Origin: an uncultured Planctomycetota bacterium
Lineage (GTDB): Bacteria > Planctomycetota > Planctomycetia > Isosphaerales > Isosphaeraceae
Reading direction: 5' to 3'
Length of the DNA stretch: 64,000 nucleotides
NCBI GenBank assembly: GCA_963845755.1
Contig: CAWJTV010000011.1
Span: forward strand, 736,001-800,000
Positions 46,367 through 61,130 of the stretch are shown one piece after another (position 1 is the first letter of the stretch; each line of letters starts with the position of its first letter). The notes beneath the pieces were generated by a model. It saw only the letters and a list, made by a program, of their open reading frames with translations. It was not told where the DNA came from and ran no database searches. Position numbers and translations under genes: made by a program.

Positions 46367-46430
46367 CGTAGGGTGGGTGAAACCCCACCAAGAAGAGCCC
46401 CCGGTACTGGTGGGTTTCACCCACCCTACA
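46367..46430. repeat. GTAG-type REP doublet
   Basis: gtagggtgggtgaaacccc-acc ... ggtgggtttcacccaccctac. Confidence 0.8.
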
Positions 46431-46472
46431 AAGGCCGAAGCGAAGGTCTCCCGACGGGTGGAGTCACACGAT

Positions 46473-47854
46473 ATGCCGAGATCCACAACGAATTCCCCCT
46501 GGGCTCGCTACGAGCCGAAGCCGGACGACCCGTGGGACCTCCGCAAGGTGGCGCACCTGCACCGCCGCGCCGGCTTCGGGGCGACGCGGGCAGAACTGCT
46601 CCGCGACCTCGAGGCCGGCCCCGAGGCGAGCGTCGCGCGGCTATTCCACCCGCCCCAACTCGCCACCGAGGAGGCCGAGGCGATCGACGGACTGCGCCAG
46701 ACGGCTCGGACCTCGTCGAACCTCGACTTGCTCAAGGTCTGCTGGCTCAACCGCATCCTCCACGGGCCCGACCCGCTCCGTGAGAAGCTCACCCTCTTCT
46801 GGCACGGGCACTTCGCCACGAGCAACAAAAAGGTCGAGTCCGTCGCGCTGATGGACCAGCAGAACGAGACCCTGCGCACCCACGCCCTGGGCCGATTCGC
46901 CGCGCTCCTGGAGGCGATCATCCCGGATCCGGCCATGCTCGTCTGGCTCGACGGCGGCACCAGCAAGAAGGACAAGCCCAACGAGAACTTCGGCCGCGAG
47001 TTCCTCGAGCTGTTCACGCTGGGCGCCGGCCATTTCACCGAGCGCGACATCCGCGAGGCCGCCCGTGCGTTCACCGGCTGGGTCCGCGAGGATTCCCAGC
47101 GAGGCTTCCAGGAAACGCCGAAGTTCCACCACGATCCCGCGCAGGTCAACAACGGCACCAAGACCTTCCTCGGCAAAACCGGAGCCTGGGGACCCTCGGA
47201 CATCGTCCGGATCGTGCTCGAGCGCCCCGAAGCCGCGACGTTCCTGGCGCAAGCTCTACCGCTATTATGTCAGCGAGGCCGGCACGCCCGGCCCCGAGCT
47301 GATCGAGCCCCTGGCCGATGAGATTCAACAACACGACTTCGCGATCGGCCCGGTCGTCGAGGTCGTCCTCCGCTCGCGGCACTTCTATGCCCGGTCCGTG
47401 TATCGCCAGCGGATGAAGTCGCCGGTGGAGTTCAGCGCGGGGCTCGTCCGGATGCTCGAAATCCCGCGCTCCGGGATCAACCCCCTGGCGCTCTCGGCCG
47501 CCTGTGACACCCAGGGCCAGGAACTCTTCGCCCCACCAAGCGTCGAGGGCTGGGTCGGCGGCCCGCTCTGGATCAATCAGCGCCACACTCCTGGAACGGA
47601 CCAACTGGGCCGCCGACGTCGTCTGGGGCCGCGCCGAGAACGGACTCGCGCCGTTCGACCCCGCGGCCTGGGCCGCCGAATACCTGATTGAACCCGACCG
47701 TGCCGCCGCCGCCCTGATCGACCTGCTGTTCCAGGGCGACCTCGGTGACGAGGCCCGCCGCCTCGCCCTCGACGCCGGCCGCGACGGCAGCCCCAACGCC
47801 CTGCGCAAGTCCGTACAACGCCTCGCCAACTGCCCTGAGTTCCAACTAGCTTGA
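46473..47854 (+). CDS. DUF1800 family protein (frameshifts ~47250, ~47580)
   Basis: HLHRRAGFG, PLREKLTLFWHGHFAT, PAMLVWLDG, PNENFGREFLELFTLG, MKSPVE, FAPPSVEGW, PEFQLA. Confidence 0.9.
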
Positions 47855-47874
47855 TACGGTAACAGATCAGGATG

Positions 47875-48053
47875 ATTCACCACAGAGACACAGAGAACAC
47901 AGAGAGAATCCAGACAACAGTCCGGTCGCTTGCAACACAGATGCTGATCCGGTCCGGCAGCATCCTGAGGATCGTGACCTGGAATCCGGAATTTGGAGTT
48001 TGGAATCTGGAATTGTATTCGTTTTCTCTGTGCTCTCTGTGCCTCTGTGGTGA
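47875..48053. repeat. CACCACAGAG/CTCTGTGGTG inverted element enclosing TGGAAT(C/T) heptamer repeats
   Basis: ttcaccacagagacacagagaacacagag ... tggaatc cggaatt tggagtt tggaatc tggaatt ... ctctgtgcctctgtggtgaa. Confidence 0.75.
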
Positions 48054-48108
48054 AAAAACTCCGGTCTTCTCCGTCTCTCCGAACTGAGCAACAAGAAGGA
48101 GCCCCCCA

Positions 48109-49357
48109 ATGCACCCGACACGCCGCGAGATGCTTCGCCTGGGCCTGGGTTCGTCCGCGCTCCTGGCCTGCGGCCCGACCGTTCCGTTGTTCCTCGCCCG
48201 GTCCGCAAGTGCCATGGCGAACATGAAGGGTCGGATCCTCGTCGTGGTCCAGCTCGATGGGGGCAACGACGGGCTCAACACCGTGGTGCCGTATCGCGAT
48301 GACGAGTATCGCAAGCGGCGTCCCAAGATCCAGGTCGGGGCAGGGGAGGTCAAGAAGATCGACGACCACGTTGGGCTTCATCCGGCGCTCGAGGGCTTCT
48401 CGAAGCTGCTGGAGCAACAACGGCTGGCGATCGTGCAGAGCGTGGGCTATCCCAACCCGAACCGGTCGCACTTCGAGAGCATGGCGACCTGGCAAACCGC
48501 CCGGCTGAACCCGGACAAGGCGGCTCCCGGCTGGCTGGCCCAGGCGATCGACCGTCGTCCACGACCGGAGGGCGATGCGCCCGGCCTCCACATTCACGAG
48601 GCGATGCCGCTGCCGCAATCGCTGGCCGGCGGCCGACAAGTGATCCCTTCACTGGCCCGGCTGGAGCAGTTCCGCCGCCGGCTGGGCGTGCCCGAAGGAG
48701 CCGATCCCGCCGCGCAGGTCCAGGCCCTCGATCGCCTGGCCCGGCAGGACCGTGGCGAGCCCGGCTCGCTCCTCCAGTTCGTCGAGCGCTGCTCCGTCAT
48801 CACGTATGCTAGCAGCGCAGCGCCTGGAACGATTACATCAAGACAAGACGTCCGCATCCTCGAATTATCCCGATTTTTATGGCCTGGCCCGGCGGCTGCG
48901 CCTGATCTCCCAGTTAATCAAGGCCGGATTGTCAACCTCGATCTATTACACGCATCTCGACGGCTTCGACACCCACAGCGGCCAGCTCCAGCGGCACGCG
49001 GGCCTGTTGCGCGAGCTGGGTGGCTCACTCGGGGCGTTCCTCGACGACCTGGAGAAATCGGGCGAGTCGGAGCGCGTGCTGGTCCTCGTCTTCTCCGAGT
49101 TCGGCCGCCGGCTCGGCGAGAATGGCAGCGGCGGGACCGACCACGGCACCGCGGCCCCCGTCTTCCTACTGGGTCGGCCGGTCAAGTCCGGCCTCCACGG
49201 GCCATACCCCGACCTGACTTATTTGGACGACGGCGACCCCAAACACGCGATCGACTTCCGCGCCGTCTACGCGGCCGTGCTCGATCGGTGGCTGGGCGTC
49301 CCCCATCGCGAAGTCCTCGGCGCGGCGTTTGAGCCGGTGCCGGTGCTGCGGAGATGA
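48109..49357 (+). CDS. DUF1501 family protein with Tat-like signal (frameshift ~48815)
   Basis: TRREMLRLG; LVVVQLDGGNDGLNTVVPY; PNRSHFES; GFDTH; SEFGRR..ENGSGGTDHG; IDFRAVYA. Confidence 0.9.
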
Positions 49358-49536
49358 GGAGTCCTTCGAAACATCGCCGGAAGATCGGCACGACCCACAA
49401 ACCGGTTGCGCGCAGACTACATCAAATGTGAATAGTGTAATAATAAATCAACTATATTGACACTGATAAAATCAGTGTACCCTTGCTCCACCTGTTAGCA
49501 GGAGCATGGCCCTCGGGCGATTGGCGGCCGGAAACC

Positions 49537-52500
49537 TCACGACAGAAGGAACTCGAGGTCCTCGCGGGTGAGGTTCTGGATGACGCCCTTGTTGTCGGCG
49601 TTGAGGATCGCGTCGGCCAGGTCGCGCTTCTTCTGCTGCAATTCGAGGATCTTCTCCTCGACCGTGTCGCGGCAGATGAGGCGGTAGGCGAAGACATGCT
49701 GGGTCTGGCCGATGCGGTGCGAACGGTCGATGGCCTGGGCCTCGACGGCCGGGTTCCACCAGGGGTCGAGCAAGTAGACATATTCGGCGGCCGTCAGGTT
49801 CAACCCCAGGCCGCCGGCCTTGAGGCTGATCAGGAAGATCGGGCAGTCGGGATCGGTCTGAAACCGCTCGACCTTGGCGGCGCGGTTGCGGGTCCGGCCG
49901 TCCAGGTATTCGTAGACGATCTTCTCCTGGTCGAGCCGCTCGCGGACGATCGCCAGGAAGCTGGTGAACTGGGAGAACACCAGGACCTTGTGCCCCTCCT
50001 CGACGACTTCGGCGATCGACGGGATCAAGAGGTCGAGTTTGGCGCTGGCCTCGCCGCCCAGCTCGGCGCTGATCAAGGCCGGGTGGCACGCGGCCTGGCG
50101 GAGCCGCAACAACGCCTCGAGGACCTCGATCTTCGAGCGATTGAGCTCGGCGGAGTCCTTGCGCAGGAGGGCATCGCGGTAATGTTTCCGGAGCTCGTCG
50201 TAGCAACGCCGCTGGTCGGCTTCCATGTCGCAGTAGAGCGTCTGCTCGGTCTTCTCGGGCAGGTCCTGGACGACCTGCTGCTTGGTCCGGCGGAGGATGA
50301 ACGGCCGCAGCGACTTGGCCAGGAGCGTGCGGTCGATCTCCTCGAGCGTCCCGCTGCCGGCATACCGCTTGAAGACCGTGTCGCTGCCCAGCATGCCCGG
50401 GTTCAAGTACTCGAAGATCGACCAGAGCTCGCCGATATGGTTCTCGATCGGCGTGCCGCTCATGGCCAGCTTGAAGCGGCTGCGCAAGAGCCGGGCGGCC
50501 TTGGCCGACTGGCTTTCGGCGTTCTTGATCGCCTGCGCCTCGTCGAGGATCGCGTAGTCGAACTCGATCGGGGCCAGTTCGGCGATATCCGTGCGGACCG
50601 TGCCATAGGTGGTAATGATCAGGTCATAATCCGAGAACGACTCGCGGAGGGCGTGGCGGCCGGGCCCGGTATAGTCGAGCACGCGGAGCCGCGGCGTGAA
50701 CTTGGTGGCCTCCTGGTGCCAGTTGAACACGAGCGAGCGGGGGACCACCGCCAGCGACGGCCCCTTGGCCTGGCAGTGCGCCCGCCGCCTTTGCAACAGC
50801 GCCAGGACCTGGATCGTCTTGCCCAGGCCCATGTCGTCGGCGAGGATGCCGCCGAACCCGAACCGCTGGAGGTAGTCGAGCCAACCCAGGCCCTCGCGCT
50901 GATAGGGGCGGAGCTCGCCGTGGAAGCCCGGGGGCGAGTCCAGCGCCACGACCCCCTCGAACTGGCGGAGGTTCTGTCGCACCTTCTCGAACGCGGCGTC
51001 GACCCGGATCTCGGGCTGGGCGGCCAGGAGCGCATCGAGCATGCCGGCCTGGGCCGAGCTGAAGCGGAGGTTGCCGTTCTCGTCGCCGGTGGCCAGGTCG
51101 GCGAGCATGCCGTACTTCTTGAGCCATTCCTCGGGCAGCATGCCCATCGAGCCGTCGCCCAGCTCGATCATGGCCTCGCCGCGGCGGGCGGCGGCCAGCA
51201 GGTCGGGGAGGCTGACGCGCTGGTCCCCGTAATCCACGCCCCCCTCGAGCTCGAACCAGTCGATGCCCGTCGACAGGGCCAGCTTGAACTCGCCGGCCGG
51301 CCGGATCAGCTTCCCTTCGGCCTCGATCCGCCAGCCGACGGCGACCAGCTCCTTGGTCACCACGGGCATCCGCTTGGCCGGCAGCTCGAGGGTGCCCGGG
51401 TCCAACCGCGGGTCCTTCGCCTCGCGGAAGCCCAGCTCGAAGAGCTTGACGTCGGCGGCACTCTCCGTCCGCGGATCGCGGCGGATCACCAGCCCCAGCT
51501 CGGTCGAGACCGCCAGCGGCGTGGTCCGGCCGGCCGGGATCACGGCGCCGTCGTAGTCGAATTCCAGCTCGCCGATCAGCTTGTCGGAGCCCAGGCCCCA
51601 GTTCTGGCGCGGGGTCCGCAAGGTCAGGCAGGGCCGCGGCTTGGCGACGATCTCCTCGAGGTTGAGCGTCTCGACCAGTTCCAGCGGGGGCACGCGCGGT
51701 CTCGGCCAGGATCCGGCCGAGCATCAGGTCCTGCTGCGGCTCGACGAACGTGATCTCCTTCTCGTAACGGAGCCGGAGGATCCAGGGCATGACGCCCAGG
51801 TCGTCGAACCGCGCGGCACGGCCGACGCCCAGGACCAGCAGGCCGGGGAGCAGGACCAGCGGTTCGGAGAGGTCCATGCGGTTCTCGCCGCGGCGGAGCG
51901 TGCCCCGCCAGGCCCACCGCTTGCCGCCCGCCTCGGAGCGGACATCCAGGACGAACCGCCAGGGCTGCCCGTCATCCCAGCGCACCGTCGGCGGGTCATC
52001 TTCCCCCTCGGTACGCCTCAGCCGCAACCGGCCGGTCCGCGCCAGCCGCTCCACCAACCCGGCCTGGTCTTTCCGCAGCACGAACCGACGTGTGCCGCGC
52101 AGCGCGCGATCGGCCGCCGCTCGCGCCGCAGCCGATCGATAGGCCGGAGCCGGAACCGGAGTCGCACCCGCACCGTTGGTTGTCTCGCCGCCCACCGACG
52201 GGCCGACGCCCCCGGCCGACGGGAGATACCCGGTGTGCTGTGGGCTCCCCTGGGCCTCATCCAGCAGGGCCAGGATCAGGCGGTCCTCGGGATCGTACTT
52301 GACGTGGGCGGCCCGAGGCGCGTAATACCAGGGACGCAACGGTCCCCACTCGCCGGTCGTCTTGCGCTGGCGGCGGGCCAGATCGATGACCACCTGGTTT
52401 TGCGCCAGGGTGGCGGCCACGTCCAGGACGTAGACCAGCAGCCGCTTGCCGTTGCGGTTGACCGCCTTGACCCGGCCCGTGCCGGTACCCACGATCCCCG

Positions 52501-53097
52501 AGCCGGGTCTTGCCGCCTTGACCTTGGCCCGGCGGTCCCTCGGCGCGGGGCCCCGGTCGCCCTGGCTCCAGGGTCCGGCCTCGCCCAGCGGCTCACCCCG
52601 CATCCCCCGGTGGTCCTTGCGCGCGGCCGGGCGCCCCGGCCTCCGCTGCCACCCGCGGGGCGCGGCGAACCCAGGCCGACCACGCCCAGCTCCGAATCGA
52701 TCACGTACGGCGGCTGACGCTCCATCCCCGGCTCGTTGCGGATCTCGGGCAGCCCCGACGGCGACGTCGGCCGCCGCGGCGCCTCCACCACCAACCGCAC
52801 CGGGAACACCGGCGGCGATTGCAGCAGCCCCCGCGAATCGGCCAGCAGCAGGGTCGCCCAGAGGTGCTTGCACGGCTCGCCCTGCGGGCTGAAATACGGG
52901 CAGGTGCACGAGGCCAGCAGCTTCGAGCCTCGCAGCCGCACACGCACCCGGTACTTCGCCGTCCCGCGCACCCGGGCCACCAGCTCGCCGGCCCGGGCCG
53001 CCATCACGGTCACCCGGCCCTTGATGAAATACGACTGGCCCCGCGTCCGGACCGCGTCGCTGAAATTCCGCGCGACTTTCTGGGCTATCCCCATCAT
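49537..53097 (-). CDS. SWIM zinc-finger SNF2-family helicase (frameshifts ~52600, ~51690)
   Basis: CTCPYF..PCKH; ELRPYQ, LADDMGLGKT, LDEAQAIKN, SGTPIEN, LRRTK, KAGGLGLNL, DPWWNP, QAIDRSHRIGQ. Confidence 0.9.
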
Positions 53098-53118
53098 ATG
53101 TCCGTCGTCCGTTTTTCC

Positions 53119-53367
53119 TTGGTCATTGGTCATGGGTCATTGGTCACTGGTCACCGGCTCAGGGCTTGGCGCGATGGGGGCCTTCTCCTCACCGGGCACC
53201 GTGGTCTCGAGGCATACGGGTAAGCGGGTCAGGAGTTCGTCTTTTGCTTCGTCGCGAGAGGACCGCCGAATTCTCCCGCCGCGCGGTTCGTCAAGACGGC
53301 CGAAAACCGACGGGGATCGGCATCATGATTTAATGATCAATGACCAATAACCAATGACAAGTGACGA
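53119..53367. repeat. Inverted heptamer repeat blocks (TGGTCAT)n / (ATGACCA)n
   Basis: tggtcat tggtcat gggtcat tggtcac tggtcac (~53120-53154) and atgatca atgacca ataacca atgacaa (~53333-53360). Confidence 0.7.
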
Positions 53368-56030
<2,663 letters not shown>

Positions 56031-56382
56031 CGAAGGTTTCCCTTGATCCATGCGTCTCGTCGTCCCAAGTCGAGCCCGACCGGGCCGGGTCGGACGAGAT
56101 TGGCTATCCTCGGTCGCCGCGGGTCGCGGCGCGTCCCGGCCTCCGGCTTCGTCTCATCCCGTATCGCGCCCCGCCCGCTCATGCCGGGCGGCCGTATCCC
56201 GCGGGCGCCCCCGCCCGTGGCCATGCCGTCGCCGGAAGTCCGGACGGGCACGGCAGGTCCAAATCCGGTCTGTTCCCAGCATTCTCGATTTCCGATGCCC
56301 CATGAGGAATGAGGAGAGTTCGGGAATCCGGGTTTCCGAAATCCCGGATCGCCCATCCGGAATCGCCAGCCCGGAATCGCCG

Positions 56383-56836
56383 TCATGCCTGCGCGGGCCC
56401 GCGGTCACCCCGACGGTTCGGGCCCGCGCCGGGTTCCGTCCCGGACCAGGGCCGGGCGCGCCCCGGAGACGTACCACCCGCCTCGGCCGCCGACTCACCG
56501 GCGCCGCCGCCCTCGTCGGGCCCCACAGTCCCGACCCGGAAGCGGATGTCGTGAATCGCCGTCCCCGGCGCAGCCCGAGCGCAACGCCGCCAAAAGGGCC
56601 GGCTTGCGAAACGCGGCCAACTCCTCCAACAGCGCCGGATGGGACACTGTCACGTTCAACACCCCTCGCCGCACCTCACCCAGTTGGGTCTGACGGCACT
56701 CCGGCTCGCCCACCGCCGCGTTCCAGGCATCCTCCAGCTCCTGCCGGACCCAGAACCGCCCGTATCCCCGCACGGTGAACAGCTCGCCGAGAATCTCCGA
56801 CAGCGCCTTGGGCCCTCGACGATTCGGGATTGACAT
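56383..56836 (-). CDS. DUF721 / DciA-like protein (frameshift ~56570)
   Basis: GPKALSEILGELF..WNAAVG..VRRGVLNVTVSHPALLEEL; alternate frame gives AIHDIRFRVG; lies between dnaN and gyrB. Confidence 0.8.
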
Positions 56837-57333
56837 GCTCCCTCAATCCAATGAAACCACGGATTCCCACGAGCCACGGAGAGTCACAGATTGCGGATAA
56901 ATGAATGATTTCTTCGGATCGCTCTCCCGCGGCTGGTCCTCGTTCGGTGTGATCGCGCGTCCGGCGGCCCTCGGTCCTCTCCTCCACGCCCATCTCCACC
57001 TCGGGGAGAAACCCGACCGGACCGTCCCCACGCCCTTGCGGCGCCCCTGGCCCTCAATGCTCGACGTGAACGCCTCTTCGGCTATTCTGATTTTACCGGC
57101 CTCGTCCAGAATTTTCACCGGTTGGCGGCGCGTCGATTGCGGATTCCCGTACGCCGTGTGAGGTAAGCCGCAAGCCGTAACCGGAAATCCTTGCTCGAGT
57201 CCAGCTTGTAGAATCCCAGCTCGGCCCGTTCGCGGTGGCGTCGTTCGATACGCAACGCGGACCCGTGATTCCGTCCGGCCGTCGCAGTCCCCGTCTTTCC
57301 TGCGTATGGCGTGCCGGGTCCTGCGGACTGAAC

Positions 57334-58456
57334 TCATGACCGTTCGCGGGTCAAGGGCATGACCACGTAGGTATAATGATCGTCGGTCTTGAAAACGGCG
57401 GCGTTCTTGGCGTCGATCAGCTCGGCCGTGATGGCGGCGGTCTCGTCCAGGGTCTTGAGGGCATCCACCAGATATCGGGGGTCGAAGGTAATCTCGACGG
57501 CCTTGCCGTCGTAGGCGATCGGCAACTCGACGTGCGAGCTGCCGACGTCGGCCGACTGGCTGGTGAGTCTCAGCAACCCGCCGCCAAACCGGAAGTCCAC
57601 GCCGCGACTCTCCTCGCTGGTGACGATGGAGGCCTGCTCGACGGCAACCCGGAGCGAGCCGACTTCCAGGGGGATCCTGACCTCGATGTTGGTCGGGAAG
57701 ACATCCTGGTAGCGCGGGAATCGGCCTTCGACCAACCGGCTGTAGATCACGGCGCTCTCGGTCCGCATCAATACGGCGGCACCTGACTGGATGGCCAGGT
57801 GCACGGGTGGGTCATCGTCGGCCAGATGGCGCTCGATCAATTTCAGCGCCTTGACCGGGATGACGGGAGAGCCCAGCGGGGCGACCGGGCTGTTCTCGGC
57901 GTCGGCCGGGGCCGACATCCGGGCTAACCGTTGACCGTCAGTACCCACCATGGCGATGGACTCGGCGGTCATCTCGACCAGCACTCCTCCCAGGCGCATA
58001 GCGGGTGCTCTCGACGTCCGTGGCGAAGATCGTGCGGCGGATCAGCCGCTTGAGATCGGCGGCCGCCACCACATGATAGCTCGTCGCGGTGAAGTCGGGA
58101 ACCTCTGGGAAGAGGTTGGCGTCTTCCACCGGCAGGGTGAATTCCGAATGCAAACCCCGGACCACCAGTCGATCGTCCTCAGCCTCGATCGCCAGCTCCG
58201 AGTCGCTGCTCGTCCGGAGGATCGAACCCACCTGGGAGGTCGGCAAGATCACCGCGCCGGGCCGCTCGACTTTCACGCCCAGCACCCGGTGGCGAATCCC
58301 GACTTCCAGGTCCGTTCCCATCAGGACCGAGCCATCGTCGGCGTCGGCAATCAGCTTAACGTTCTGCAGGATCGGCTTGGGGCTCCGTGCCGGAACCACC
58401 CCGCTGACCGTGCCGAACGCCGTGAGTAATCCCTCACGGTCGCAGAGCGCACGCAT
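57334..58456 (-). CDS. dnaN: DNA polymerase III beta sliding clamp (frameshift ~57995)
   Basis: SPKPILQNVKL, GTDLEVGI, GTDGQRLA, SRLVEGRFPRYQDVFP, FDPRYLVDAL, YVVMPL. Confidence 0.95.
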
Positions 58457-58499
58457 GCATTAAACGCCTTTCGGCATTACTGAGAGAGAACGTCGTGAG

Positions 58500-58850
58500 T
58501 GATTCCTCACGGTTTGCTTTGCTTTGCACAACGCCTTTTGGCATCACTGAGAGTGGTATGAAGGAAAGAACTTACCATCGCCTCAGTCATAGCGACAGCA
58601 TACCGCCGTGGATAGCCGCGGACGGCACTCGAACAAACCGATGATACCAAAGTGCTTAGTCGGACACAACGTCCTTTGGGCGCCGGAGGGAAAGTTGTGG
58701 ATAACCCGGTCGGCGGTCCCGGCACGGCCGGCATGGGTGTGGCCGGGCGACGATTGCGCGTGGCCGGGGTCGTTCACGGCACTCGCGCCGCCTACCGATG
58801 ATCAACCGGTTATCGACAGGTTTTCCCCTGGGGCCTGTCGATCGTTTGCC
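58500..58850. promoter_or_regulatory. DnaA-box cluster upstream of dnaN, candidate oriC
   Basis: Perfect TGTGGATAA (TTATCCACA) at 58696-58704; TTATCGACA 58810-58818; CGTGGATAG 58607-58615; lower-GC stretch next to dnaN. Confidence 0.55.
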
Positions 58851-58932
58851 CGCCGGATTGGGGCGATTCTGACGGTTGGATCGCGGGGCATCGGCCGGCG
58901 GGAGATCGGCCGAATCTCCTGGTTGCTTGCCG

Positions 58933-58961
58933 TTGACACCTTGGGGCGATTCTCGCATGAT
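58933..58961 (+). promoter_or_regulatory. Sigma70-like promoter TTGACA-N17-CATGAT
   Basis: TTGACA 58933-58938, CATGAT 58956-58961. Confidence 0.45.
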
Positions 58962-58979
58962 CCGCCGTAGTCGAACGAC

Positions 58980-59205
58980 ATGAGGTGGTCCCCCTCATCG
59001 AGCTGGACGCTGCAATCGGCGATTGCCATCAACGACAAGGGCCCGATCCTCAGTTCCGGCATTGGTCCCGACGGCAAGCCAGGCACCTTGGTGCTGACGC
59101 CGGTCTCCAGGCCGCCGCCGGTCCCCGAACCGAGCACGCTGGCGTTCTTCGGCCTGGTGGCCGCGGTTGTAGCCCTTCGGAGGGCCAGGCCGCGTCGCCG
59201 AGCCG
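58980..59205 (+). pseudogene. C-terminal fragment of a PEP-CTERM (HAF-repeat-like) surface protein
   Basis: WTLQSAIAINDKG...LVLTP then VPEPSTLAFFGLVAAVVALRRARPRRR; no signal peptide; frame reads on into the next gene. Confidence 0.6.
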
Positions 59206-59238
59206 AACGGATCGTCGGATCACGGAGGATTCGTCGCG

Positions 59239-60910
59239 ATGGGGGCTATGCGACTGGGAATGGTGCCGTTGGCCGGGCTGCTGGTCCTATCGGCCCTGGT
59301 ATTCTTGCCGGGGCTGGGCAGTTCGGGACGGTTGAGTTACCACGAGGCATTCGTCGCGCAGGGGCGCGCGGGAGATGCTGGACTCGGGAATCTGGGCCTA
59401 TCCGACGATCGGCGGATTGCCCTGGCTGGAGAAGCCTCCCTTGCCCTGGTGGCTGACCGCCGCGCTGGGCCGCCTGGCCGGCGGGGTGGACGAGACGGTG
59501 GCGCGGCTCCCCTCGGTGCTGGCCGCGACGCTGCTGGTGCTGGGGGTGGCCGCGGTCGCCGCGCGCGATTACGGAACGGGGATCGGCATGCTCGCCGGCG
59601 CCATTCAGGCGACGACAGCCTGGACGGTGTTGCGCGGCCGGCTGGCCGAGGCCGACATGCTGCTGGCCTGCCTGATCACCTGGGCGATCGTCGCCTTCGA
59701 CCGGATGCGCGATGACCCGGCCGATCCCGACGCACGGAGGGCGGGATGGAGTTGGGCGCGCTGGGCTTTCTTTGTGCTGCTGGGCGCCACCTCGCTGGTC
59801 AAGGGGATCGGCTTCGGCGCGGTGCTGATCCTGTCGGTCGTGGCGGCGGCCGTGCTCTGGCGTCGCGACGGCACCACGATGCGCCGGCTCCGGTTCCCGG
59901 CCGGCTGGGCCGTGGCGACGGCGTTGTCGATGGCGTGGCCATTGTCGATGGTGGTCTGGCACGGATTCGGGGCGCTGGCGCTCTGGACGACGCACGTGAC
60001 CGATCGACTGGCCGTACACCCGGGCGAGTTTGCCGGCGAGCGCTGGTGGGAGTACACCCCGGGCCTGTTGATCCAGGCGATGCCGTGGACGCCCCTGGCT
60101 GTGATCGGGGCCTGGCACTCGTTACGGCGGGCGATCCGGCCTCCTTCCCCCGAAGGAGGGAAGGTCATTGCCGGCGACCGCTTGCTCTGGGCCTGGTCGG
60201 CGGCGCCGCTGGCCTTGCTGGCGCTGGCCACCGTGAAGAACGCGCATTATGCGATCGCTGCGCAGGTCCCATGGTCGATCTGGGCGGCGCTGGGACTGGC
60301 GCGGGTGAGTAGCCGGCTGATCCGCCGCGGCCGGACGCCCCTTCAACTGCGGCGTCTCGCGGTCGCCGGCTTTGCCATCTTGGGATTCGTTACGGGATCG
60401 AGCTTCTGGCTACTCGGCCCCTGGGTCGACCGCCGCGGCGTCGAGTGGGCCTTCTACGAAACAGCGGCTCATCACCTGCCGCCCGGCGCGCCGCTGACCC
60501 TCCTCTACGACGACTGGGACCGCAACCCGTACGAGAGCCCGTTCGGCGCGTTCCCGCACGACCTGGCCGTCCGCTTCTTCTACCTCGGTCGCACCACCTG
60601 CTGGCACTCGGGAACGGAGGCTCTCGCGGCGCATCGACACGACACATCCCGTGGCACGCCGGCGAGCCCTGGACCGGCCGGACAAGACGAGAGTCGTACT
60701 CACGGAGCAGCCGATTTGCCCGCCATCTACGTGATCGGCCGCGATCGTGACCTGCCGGCGCTCGGGAATCTCGGCGGCGTGGAGGCCGTGGCCCAGGGAC
60801 CGAGCGGGCGCTTCGACCGGACGTATGCCTTATTCCGCATCATGCCCGCGACGAACCTCGATCCGGAGTCATCGGTCGCCCGCGCCGGCAATGAGGACAT
60901 TCCACGTTGA
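59239..60910 (+). CDS. ArnT-like / GT39-type membrane glycosyltransferase (frameshift ~59365)
   Basis: LSYHEAFVAQ, WLEKPPLPWW, ARLPS, DMLL, LVKG, MPWT; many TM helices. Confidence 0.85.
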
Positions 60911-61130
60911 CTTTCCGGCTCGAGCAGGGTTCTCCGATTGCCGGTGCGAGGAGTCGGTCTCGGATCAACGGCCGGGCGGCAACGCGGTGAGACGGGACGC
61001 CCCGCACCCGTGAGCAATGGGAATCTTCCCGATAGCGCTCACCCGAACCGGACCTTATGCTAGAATCGCCCTTGATCCGTTTTCCACCGATGCCACCCCG
61101 GGCGGAAGTGAGACGAAGCGAGGTGTGCGC

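Noticed and set aside
49483..51753. Long plus-strand ORF of 756 aa, and similar long antisense ORFs (388-1368, 3488-4945, 13388-14656, 53398-54531)
   Set aside because: Shadow frames of clearly recognisable genes on the opposite strand; expected in high-GC DNA
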